Shown here piece by piece: positions 1 through 7,439 of a DNA stretch of 32,000 nucleotides. This DNA is from Demequinaceae bacterium. GTDB lineage: Bacteria > Actinomycetota > Actinomycetes > Actinomycetales > Demequinaceae. Under the pieces are notes generated by a model, which saw nothing but the letters and a program-made list of their open reading frames with translations, had not been told where the DNA came from and searched no databases. The DNA lies in assembly GCA_965250005.1 (NCBI GenBank), contig OZ252279.1, positions 1,470,001-1,502,000 on the forward strand. Direction: 5' to 3'. A program made the position numbers and the translations under genes. Every line of letters starts with the position of its first letter. The first letter of the stretch is position 1.

Positions 1-623
1 CGGTCATCGAGGAGTTCCTTGACGAAGGAGTTCGCGACTTCCTCGCGCTGCGGGGCGACCCCCCCAAGGGTCAGAAAGACTGGAAGCCGCATCCGGATGG
101 GCTGCTTTACGCTTCTGACTTGGTCGCGCTCCTGCGCGAGGTGGGAGCGGCGCACGGCATCACCGGGCCAGACTTGAGCATCGGCGTTACGGCGTTTCCC
201 GCGGCTCACGCGAACGAGCAGTGGCGGCAGCAGGGCCTGGACGTCTTGCGTGCCAAGCAGGAGGCGGGCGCCGACTTCGCCGTCACCCAGGTCTTCTACG
301 ACGCCACGCAGTACATGGCGCTCGTCAAGGACTTAGCGGCCGATGGTATTTCGCTGCCGATCGTTCCCGGGATCATCCCGCTGTTGGACGCCGGACGCGC
401 GGCCCGACTAGCGCAGTTGACGGGCGTACCGGCCCCCGAATCGCTCGTGGCTCGCCTCCAGCAGGCAGAAAACACCGAGGCGGCTTGCGACGCCGGCGTG
501 GAGCACGCAGCTGAACTCGCGAGCGCGTTGCTGGATGCGGGCGCGCCCGGAGTGCACATCTACACGTTTAACCGCGACTACGCGGCAGTCAAGTTAGTCG
601 AGGCGATTGGCATTCGCGCCTAG
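1..623 (+). CDS. metF: 5,10-methylenetetrahydrofolate reductase, C-terminal part (5' end lies outside the window)
   Basis: Frame 3 is open from the window edge. The translation contains LALRGDPP, FAVTQVFYD, IVPGIIPL and GVHIYTFN, strings typical of MetF/MTHFR. Stop codon at 621-623. Confidence 0.85.
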   Translation, partial: VIEEFLDEGVRDFLALRGDPPKGQKDWKPHPDGLLYASDLVALLREVGAAHGITGPDLSIGVTAFPAAHANEQWRQQGLDVLRAKQEAGADFAVTQVFYDATQYMALVKDLAADGISLPIVPGIIPLLDAGRAARLAQLTGVPAPESLVARLQQAENTEAACDAGVEHAAELASALLDAGAPGVHIYTFNRDYAAVKLVEAIGIRA

Positions 624-644
624 TTTCAGGCTCGGTGGGGCTAT

Positions 645-1091
645 TCAGCCTTCGTAGTTGTTGGCGTCGGTAAGCGTGACCTTCGCGCCATTTTCAATGG
701 TGCGAGACACGGTGCACGTCTTCTCGTGCGCGGTCTTGAGCGCAGCACCGACGCGGGCCCGAGCCTTGTCGCCGTCTTCGCCCTCGGGGAACTTGAGGTC
801 AAATGACAGGCGGATGTCCCGCAGAATCGAGCCATCCTCGCCACCGCTCACCTTGTCCGTGACTGCCGTGACCTCGAAGTGGTCGGGTTCGATGCGACGC
901 GACGTCATCATGTCGACGTCGGTACTGGAGCAACCGAGCATGGCGGCGAGCAGTAGTTCGATTGAGCCGAATCCCCCCTTGGCGTTGTGCCCAAAGCGGA
1001 TCTGAGCACCACGACCGTTGTCGGCGATGAAGATGCCTTCGGCCTCGCGGGTGAGTGTGACGTTTCGCTGTACTATTGTTTCTTCTTCCAT
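645..1091 (-). CDS. OsmC/Ohr-family (peroxiredoxin-like) protein
   Basis: 148 aa, the size of the family. The two family cysteines appear in the contexts AAMLGCSSTD and HEKTCTVSRT. Convergent with metF, 21-bp gap. Confidence 0.8.
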   Translation of the reverse strand: MEEETIVQRNVTLTREAEGIFIADNGRGAQIRFGHNAKGGFGSIELLLAAMLGCSSTDVDMMTSRRIEPDHFEVTAVTDKVSGGEDGSILRDIRLSFDLKFPEGEDGDKARARVGAALKTAHEKTCTVSRTIENGAKVTLTDANNYEG

Positions 1092-1296
1092 GGCGTGATC
1101 CTTTCACGGGTTGTTTGTGCGGTAGAACAGCTCCCGGGCACGCCCATATTCCCATGTGGGCGGATGCAACTACGCTTGGCGGAACTAGCAACCATGCCGA
1201 TGCTGGTAGAGGCACGATCGCGGGCATCGCGCCGGTCCGGATAGATGTGCGGCGAGCGTCTCAGCGAACCCAGAGAAAGCTGGTAAACTCGAACAT

Positions 1297-2637
1297 ATGT
1301 TCAGCTACGTGGATCTGTTTGCGGGCGTGGGTGGATTTCACGCGGCGCTTGGCGCGCTCGGTGGCGAATGCGAGTTCGCGTCCGAGATCGATGCTGATGC
1401 TGTCGCGGTTTACGAAGCGAACTGGGGCGGCGCCGTTTCCGGCGACATCGTGCCGCTCACCGCAGATCAGATGGCTGTCCCCGCCCACGATGTGCTCGCA
1501 GCTGGATTTCCATGTCAGCCATTCTCGAAGAGCGGCTATCAGCGGGGCATGGCGGAGACTAGAGGCACGCTCTTCTGGAACATCTGCCGCGTGCTTGAGG
1601 AGCGGCAGCCGGGCGTAGTTCTCCTCGAAAATGTGCGAAATCTCGCGGGCCCTCGGCACCGCGAGACCTGGGCGACCATTGTGCGGTCGCTGCGCGACCT
1701 CGGCTACAAAGTCTCGGGTGCGCCAACCGTTTTCTCTCCGCACAACTTGCCGCTCGCCCTTGGAGGGCGACCCCAGACTCGAGACCGAGTGTTCATAACC
1801 GGAATATACGTGGGCAAGGACCGCGCGTGGGCGGAAGCAACCAATGAGTTGCTTGTGCCCAACAAGCCTGTGGACGGATGGGACCCGCGGGATTGGAATC
1901 TACTCGATCATCTTCCGGTCGCGACCGATGCTCAAACCAAGGCCGACTACGGGTTGAGCGGCGCGGAAACCGAGTGGATTGAGACTTGGGACGAGTTCGT
2001 TCATCTAGTCAGTAAGCGAATGCGGACGGGCCGATTGCCGGGGTTCCCGATCTGGGCGGACGCGTTTGTCGACGAACCGGAGATCGACGAAGACACGCCC
2101 GCGTGGAAGGCTGACTTCCTCCGCAAGAATTCTGACCTCTACGTGACGCATCGCGGCGTGATCGACAGGTGGCGCCGCAAGAATGGTGGACTCGCGCACT
2201 TCCCGGCGAGTCGCCGCAAACTTGAGTGGCAGGCGCAGGACTCGAAGAGCCTGTGGGACACGGTTATGCATTTTCGGCCGTCGGGCATCCGTGCGAAGAA
2301 GCCGAACTACCTACCTGCACTGGTTGCCATTACTCAAACGAGTGTTGTGGGTTCGCTGCAGCGGCGCATCACGCCGCGTGAGGCCGCCCGACTTCAAGGC
2401 CTTCCGGATTGGTTCAGTTTTGGAGATCAGTCGGATGCCGCGACGTACAAGCAGATGGGTAATGGCGTCAATGTGGGCGCCGCGTACTTCATCCTTCGCC
2501 AGCACGTCCTTGGCAACCTTGACGACGTGCGAGGAGCGGCACCTGGCTTGGCCGCGGCTGTTGGCGATTCACCTGCCAACCCCGACGAAGTTCTACAGTC
2601 CGCAGCGTTCGCGTTGGAGCTTCAACGCGGACTCTGA
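1297..2637 (+). CDS. DNA (cytosine-5)-methyltransferase
   Basis: 446 aa with the m5C-MTase motifs in order: DLFAGVGGF (I), GFPCQPFS (IV, catalytic Cys), LLENV (VI), QTRDRVFI (VIII), a long variable target-recognition region, RITPREAARLQGLPDWF (IX) and GNGVNV (X). Confidence 0.93.
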   Translation: MFSYVDLFAGVGGFHAALGALGGECEFASEIDADAVAVYEANWGGAVSGDIVPLTADQMAVPAHDVLAAGFPCQPFSKSGYQRGMAETRGTLFWNICRVLEERQPGVVLLENVRNLAGPRHRETWATIVRSLRDLGYKVSGAPTVFSPHNLPLALGGRPQTRDRVFITGIYVGKDRAWAEATNELLVPNKPVDGWDPRDWNLLDHLPVATDAQTKADYGLSGAETEWIETWDEFVHLVSKRMRTGRLPGFPIWADAFVDEPEIDEDTPAWKADFLRKNSDLYVTHRGVIDRWRRKNGGLAHFPASRRKLEWQAQDSKSLWDTVMHFRPSGIRAKKPNYLPALVAITQTSVVGSLQRRITPREAARLQGLPDWFSFGDQSDAATYKQMGNGVNVGAAYFILRQHVLGNLDDVRGAAPGLAAAVGDSPANPDEVLQSAAFALELQRGL

Positions 2638-3378
2638 AAGTTCGAATCCCCTCGGTGGTGTGATGCTCTCACCCGCGAGGTCTGCGTAGGTCGTATCCAG
2701 CAGCCGTGGCTTCACGAGCACAGTCAGATCTTCGTCTGACACCGCGAGCAGCAGGGCGTCGTGGAGTTTGTGAATATCAGCGCGTAGTAGCAGCGCGTTG
2801 CCGACCTTGTCCGAATCCGGGCCCTGGTATGGGGCAATGTGCGCGGCCTCAAGTGCGGCAAGGTCGTTTGTCCCGGTCACGCAGCAGGCTTCTCCGTACG
2901 CCTTCCTCACAGCGTTGCGGAACCCGGTTCCTCCAGGGCGTGTAGCGATAGCGGCGAGCCGCTTCGGCCTTGACGCGACGATCTCCGAGGGGTCGAAGCC
3001 TTCGTTGATCAGAACGGCGACAGGTGCCTCGAGTTCGGTGGAGAGATTCGGCACACCGTTCTCGAGCAGAAGGTCGCGGATCTTCCCTAGGCCCTGATTC
3101 GTGAGGGTGCCACCGCCACCCGACTTGGTTCCTTCCGACGTGTCGCCGACGCCGTACTTGTCGGGATCCGCGGGGGCGTATGTGCCCCCGAGCAGTTCGA
3201 TGATCGCCTGAATCTTTCGATATTTGTCGGGGAACTCCTCGGCTAGGTCGTCCCCCAGCACGGCAACGGCGAGCGGGTCAATGAAGTCGTTGTGAACGCT
3301 GGAGCCAACGCCCTTATCAACCACCAACATTCCGAGTATGTCGGCAATGTCCTGCATTAGTCCGTCGCGCGTGGCCAT
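2593..3378 (-). CDS. HNH-motif endonuclease, candidate restriction partner of the adjacent methyltransferase
   Basis: 261 aa. The C-terminal half carries an HNH-type pattern (CCVTG..LEAAHIAPY..GNALLLRADIHKLHD). It is convergent with the MTase and overlaps its 3' end by 45 bp (2593-2637). The N-terminal ~150 aa is unassigned. Confidence 0.65.
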   Translation of the reverse strand: MATRDGLMQDIADILGMLVVDKGVGSSVHNDFIDPLAVAVLGDDLAEEFPDKYRKIQAIIELLGGTYAPADPDKYGVGDTSEGTKSGGGGTLTNQGLGKIRDLLLENGVPNLSTELEAPVAVLINEGFDPSEIVASRPKRLAAIATRPGGTGFRNAVRKAYGEACCVTGTNDLAALEAAHIAPYQGPDSDKVGNALLLRADIHKLHDALLLAVSDEDLTVLVKPRLLDTTYADLAGESITPPRGFELSESALKLQRERCGL

Positions 3379-3502
3379 GCTGTGACGGTACCGTTGTTGG
3401 CGAGAATTTGTCGTTCCAGTTGTGAGGCGTTCGGGGCTGGTGCAGGGATAGGTGACAACTGACTTCTGGGACCTGGGAGGGTCTTGGTGGAAGGATGTTG
3501 TT

Positions 3503-3802
3503 ATGCCTAAAGTTTTTCCTGAGGAGTTTCGCCGTGACGTGGTTGCGGTTGCCCGGCGCCGTGAGGCGTCTCAGAAGCAGATTGCCGAGGATTTCGGGAT
3601 CTCGCATGCGACGTTGTCGAATTGGTTGCGTCAAGCCAACATCGAGGACGGTGACAAACCTGGTGTGAGCCGTGAGCGAGCCGAACAGGTGCGGGAGTTG
3701 CGTCGGCGTAATCGGTTGCTCGAGCAAGAGAACGAGGTTTTGCGGCGTGCGGCCGCTTACTTGTCGCAGGCCAATCTCAAACTCGGTGGCCACCCAAAAT
3801 GA
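3503..3802 (+). CDS. IS3-family transposase OrfA (helix-turn-helix, leucine-zipper-like C terminus)
   Basis: MPKVFPEEFRRDVVAVARR..IAEDFGISHATLSNWLRQ..ELRRRNRLLEQENEVLRRAAAYL. The ATG at 3503 follows GGAAGG. The ORF track opens earlier, at 3452. Confidence 0.85.
   Translation: MPKVFPEEFRRDVVAVARRREASQKQIAEDFGISHATLSNWLRQANIEDGDKPGVSRERAEQVRELRRRNRLLEQENEVLRRAAAYLSQANLKLGGHPK
3793..3799 (+). promoter_or_regulatory. Candidate programmed -1 ribosomal frameshift heptamer C CCA AAA
   Basis: Fits X XXY YYZ in the OrfA frame (cac cca aaa tga), immediately before the OrfA stop. OrfB lies in the -1 frame. The same heptamer, in the same frame, occurs in the unrelated IS type d at 30064-30070. Confidence 0.5.
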
Positions 3803-4674
3803 TCTACCCGCTCGTCCGCGAGCTGGCCGTCGACGGTGTTCCCGTCGCGGTGACGTGTCGGGTGCTGAAGATTGCTCGCCAGCCGTACTACCGGTGGCGA
3901 AGCGAACCAGTTACGGCATTGGACTGGGTGCAAGCGCATCGCATGAACGCGCTCATTGACGCGCACCGTGACGACCCAGAGTTCGGCTACCGGTTCCTCG
4001 CGGACGAGGCCGTGGTAGCCGGATGGCCGATGGTGCGCAGGACCGCATGGTCCTTGGCGTCGCAGGCGGGTTTGGTGTCAACGACACAGCGTCGCAAGAG
4101 AGGCAAGGCAGGCAAACCCGGTCCACCCGTGTTCGATGACCTCGTGCAACGTGTCTTCACCGCCCAGAGCCCAAATCAGGTGTGGCTGACGGACATCACG
4201 GAGCACCCCACCAGTGAAGGCAAACTCTACCTGTGCGCCATCAAGGACCTGTACTCGAACCGCATCGTCGGCTACTCACTCAGTGACCGAATGCAAGCCC
4301 AGTTGGCTGTGAACGCCCTGGCCAACGCCGTCGCGTCCCGCGGCGACGTCACTGGATGCATCCTGCACGCCGATAGGGGATCTCAATTTCGTTCCCGCAA
4401 AATGGGTCACGCACTGAACCGTCACGGCATGGTCGGCTCCATGGGTCGAGTAGGTGCCGCCGGCGACAACGCCGCAATGGAATCCTTCTTCAGCCTGCTC
4501 CAAAAAAACGTCCTGAACCGGCAACGCTGGGACACCCGCCAGGAACTCCGCATCGCGATCATCACCTGGATCGAACGCACCTACCACCGCCGCCGCCGAC
4601 AAGACCGACTCGGACGCTTGACCCCCATCGAATACGAGACCATCATGAACACACAAATGGCCCTCGCGGCCTAA
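3799..4674 (+). CDS. IS3-family transposase OrfB (DDE/rve integrase core)
   Basis: 291 aa with DDE contexts WLTDITEH, LHADRGSQF and GDNAAMESFF. Lies in the -1 frame relative to OrfA, with an ATGA overlap. Confidence 0.9.
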   Translation: MIYPLVRELAVDGVPVAVTCRVLKIARQPYYRWRSEPVTALDWVQAHRMNALIDAHRDDPEFGYRFLADEAVVAGWPMVRRTAWSLASQAGLVSTTQRRKRGKAGKPGPPVFDDLVQRVFTAQSPNQVWLTDITEHPTSEGKLYLCAIKDLYSNRIVGYSLSDRMQAQLAVNALANAVASRGDVTGCILHADRGSQFRSRKMGHALNRHGMVGSMGRVGAAGDNAAMESFFSLLQKNVLNRQRWDTRQELRIAIITWIERTYHRRRRQDRLGRLTPIEYETIMNTQMALAA

Positions 4675-4750
4675 ACCCGAACTGTCACCAGTTCCTGCAC
4701 CAGCCCCTTCGCTGTAGCCGTAGTTTTGAATGCATGGTCGATACTCGAGC

Positions 4751-5266
4751 TGAAGCGTCCTGGGTTTTCGGCCGTTCCTATGCGGGTTGCGGCTCTTGGG
4801 TGAGGGTCGCGTAGTGGGCTTGTTCGAATTCGGCGGGTGGGACGTAGCCGAGGCTTGAGTGAAGCCTACGAGTGTTGTACCAATCGACCCAGCCAGCGGT
4901 CGTGTATTCGATGTCGGCGATGGTTTTGTAGGGGCTGTCGTGGAACACCGTGGTGCGGATGCATTCGGCCTTGTAGAGTCCGTTGATGGTTTCCATGAGT
5001 GCGTTGTCGTACGCGTCTTCGACGGCTCCCACCGTCGCGGGTGCCGTCGTCGATATCGGCTTGCAACACCCACCGGCGCACAGACTCGTGGCCGACGCCG
5101 GCCTGACGGGCAACGGCCGCTGACGCGGCCGTGAGCGAGGAATACTCCGACCGGTGCTCCCGCACCAGCCGCACCGCCCGATCACGCAGTACAGGATCAA
5201 TTTTCTTTGGCATGACATACATCCTTCCAACTCAAAAGGATGCGGCATCAAACCTGGGGCGCTTCA
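4751..5266 (-). mobile_element. Internally deleted IS3-family remnant (type e, 516 bp)
   Basis: On the minus strand an OrfA N terminus (MPKKIDPVLRDRAVRLVREH..) and an OrfB C terminus (..YDNALMETINGLYKAECI..WYNTRRLHSSLGYVPPAEFE) are joined with the catalytic core missing. Imperfect terminal repeats: TGAAGCGTCCTGGGTTT at 4751 and AAACCTGGGGCGCTTCA ending at 5266. Confidence 0.75.
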
Positions 5267-5380
5267 TTCTGCGCTAAATGTTGCGGGGTTTCTTGGGACC
5301 CGTTAGGTTGCAGATTACAGATCACTTTTTGAGGGAACTGGGTTGCCTGTGAGGGTTTGCTTGTTCGGAGCGGGGATATT

Positions 5381-7375
5381 GTGGCGATTTTGAGACGTAG
5401 CGTGCGTGTGTGCGCCATTTCGGCAGGTGCTGTTGCTGTGATGAGTTTGGGATTGTTGACTACTAGTGCGGTGGCTGCCGTGATGGTGGATGGTATGCCC
5501 GCTGATGCGGAAGCTGCGTCCTATGTTGGTTTGCCTGAGTTGACGGCGCCGTCGGCTTACGATGCGCAGGTTCTTGCGCGCGAGGTTGGTAAGGATGTTG
5601 AGGATTTGTCGCAGCGCACTAGCACGCAAGCTGTTGTGGCTTTGCCCGATGGGTCCTGGCGTACGCATGTGCATGGTGCTCCGCAGTGGGTGTTGACTAG
5701 CGGGGATGGTACGTCGGATGCGGATTGGAGTCCGCTTGATTCGACGTTGGTGGTTCGTGCTGATGGTTTCATTGTTCCGGTTGCGCACACGGAAGGTTTT
5801 GTGATTGCGCCTGGTGGTGAGCGAACTGATCTGATTCTTGAGACCACCGATTCTGAGTCTGGTGAAACGGTTTCTTTGCTCTGGGATGGTTCGTATTTGC
5901 CGCCCGCGCAGATTGACGGCGCGCGTGTGACGTATCCCGAGGTGAAGCCTGGCATTGACTATGTGATCGAGTTGTCACCGGTGGGTTATGAACAGTTTTA
6001 TGTGGCTAAGAATCGTGGAGCGCTCAGAGCTGCAGGTGACCTGTTTCTAGATTTTTCGGTCGACGGCGGCGAGATTACGTCTGATGGTGCTGGTGGTGCG
6101 ACGTTCCTTGATAGGAAGGGAAACACGATTGCGTTTGTGCCGGTTGCTGTGGCATGGGATGCCGAGACTGATGTCAGTCGCGGTAACCCTGTGTTGAAGC
6201 CTTGGCGCGGTGACCCGCGTAGGCCGTTTGGTGGTGACCGTGAGATGCCGGCAGGGCAGGGCAGTTGGCGTATCGGCTTTGATGCTGATGTTGAGTTTCA
6301 GGAAGAGGCAGTCGAGGTTGAGGTGGAGCCCCGCGAGGGTGGTGCACGGTTGAAACTCAATTTGCCTGCGGGCTGGGCGGATGACCCGTCGACTCGGTTC
6401 CCTGTGGTGATTGACCCTTACGTTGTCCTCTATCCAACATATGACACGTACTACCAGACCAACAGTTCGGTGAACCATCAGTCCTATTCGTATTTGCTGA
6501 TGGGGACGCCCAACAGCGGCAGCGTCAAGTACCGTACGTATCTGAATGTTACGACCACACCCATCCAAGGACTGACTGTCACTGCTGCGCATTTCAACAT
6601 TTGGAATTATCATTCGTGGTCGTGTTCTGCACGCAGTTGGCGTGCATATGCCGGCACCAATGTCACTAGTCAGGTGTCATGGCCCGGACCGGGGTATGAC
6701 GGTGGCGTGTATGGCGAGTCGTCTGCGACGTTGGGGTATTCGAGTTCGTGCAATGACGGCTGGGTTTCGACGGATATCACAGCGCCCGCACAAATGTGGT
6801 CAGAGGACTTGGCCGATTCGTATCATTCGTTGGCGCTCGTTGCTGGAAGCGAGACGAACAACTATTACTGGAAGCGGTTCTATTCGCTGTCGGCTAGCTC
6901 CCATCATCCGCATTTGGTTGTGTATTACAACCAGCCACCAGACGTGCCGTCTGGTGTGCTTGTGAATGGGTTCAGTTTGGATAGTTCTGCGTTGACGTTG
7001 ACGGATCCGTATCCGGTGTTGGAGGCGACGGTTTCGGATTTGGATGGTGGGATGGTGCGCGCGGTTTTCGATATTTATGATGGCGTGGATTTGCTTGGCA
7101 GTTTTGAGGGGTCGTTGGTTGCTTCGGGTGGGACGTCGATGATTGTGTTTGCGACACCATTGGATCCTGATGTGGCGTACACGGTTAAGGTGCGTGCTTC
7201 GGACACGTTGGATGAGTCGGCGGTTTTGACTGTTCCTAACACGTTGACGTATGTGGTTGCGGCCCCGGATTTGCCGTCTGCAGGGTTGGTTGATGTTCCT
7301 GCGTATTGCGATGACGATATTGGTGCGGTTGTAGCGCCTAGCCCGGCACCGTGCACGGGGGCTCCCGGTGTTTAG
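5381..7375 (+). CDS. Secreted protein with a DNRLRE-like domain plus Ig-like module; upstream partner of the Rhs toxin
   Basis: GTG at 5381 follows GGAGCGGGGA (the ORF track opens at 5357). N terminus resembles a signal peptide (AILRRSVRVCAISAGAVAVMSLGLLTTSAVAA). The central region (VIDPYVV..YRTYLNVTTTPIQGLTVTAAHFNIW..WVSTDITAPAQMW..YHSLALVAGSE..WKRFYS..PHLVVYY) matches my memory of the DNRLRE domain often annotated next to actinobacterial rhs genes. Same strand as the rhs gene, 64 bp upstream of it. Confidence 0.65.
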   Translation: MAILRRSVRVCAISAGAVAVMSLGLLTTSAVAAVMVDGMPADAEAASYVGLPELTAPSAYDAQVLAREVGKDVEDLSQRTSTQAVVALPDGSWRTHVHGAPQWVLTSGDGTSDADWSPLDSTLVVRADGFIVPVAHTEGFVIAPGGERTDLILETTDSESGETVSLLWDGSYLPPAQIDGARVTYPEVKPGIDYVIELSPVGYEQFYVAKNRGALRAAGDLFLDFSVDGGEITSDGAGGATFLDRKGNTIAFVPVAVAWDAETDVSRGNPVLKPWRGDPRRPFGGDREMPAGQGSWRIGFDADVEFQEEAVEVEVEPREGGARLKLNLPAGWADDPSTRFPVVIDPYVVLYPTYDTYYQTNSSVNHQSYSYLLMGTPNSGSVKYRTYLNVTTTPIQGLTVTAAHFNIWNYHSWSCSARSWRAYAGTNVTSQVSWPGPGYDGGVYGESSATLGYSSSCNDGWVSTDITAPAQMWSEDLADSYHSLALVAGSETNNYYWKRFYSLSASSHHPHLVVYYNQPPDVPSGVLVNGFSLDSSALTLTDPYPVLEATVSDLDGGMVRAVFDIYDGVDLLGSFEGSLVASGGTSMIVFATPLDPDVAYTVKVRASDTLDESAVLTVPNTLTYVVAAPDLPSAGLVDVPAYCDDDIGAVVAPSPAPCTGAPGV

Positions 7376-7439
7376 GCGGGCAAGCGGTTCGGGTGCGGTT
7401 GGAGAGGTGTTTGAGGGCAGTGCGATCAGAGGGTTGAAC

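Larger units (their letters stand above)
3433..4707 (+). mobile_element. IS3-family insertion sequence, type a, copy 1 (1275 bp)
   Basis: Terminal inverted repeats GGGGCTGGTGCAGG / CCTGCACCAGCCCC are perfect over 14 bp and match about 22 of 25 when extended. Flanked by a 3-bp direct repeat TTC (3430-3432 and 4708-4710). Two overlapping transposase ORFs in 0/-1 frames. A second copy at 28780-30054 encodes identical proteins. Confidence 0.92.

Noticed and set aside
2597-2633. Inverted repeat (AGTCCGC..GCGTTG GAGCTT CAACGC GGACT) inside the MTase/endonuclease overlap, considered as a bidirectional terminator.
   Set aside because: The stem is interrupted, it lies wholly within both coding regions, and there is no U-tract. 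It may simply reflect the similar C-terminal peptides (..LELQRGL and ..LKLQRERCGL).
3317-3793. Minus-strand ORFs antisense to IS type a (3317-3793 and 28436-29140), and antisense to type c (21466-22365 and 27539-28489).
   Set aside because: They are shadow frames of the transposase genes. They extend different distances into whatever flanks each copy, which shows they are not conserved units.
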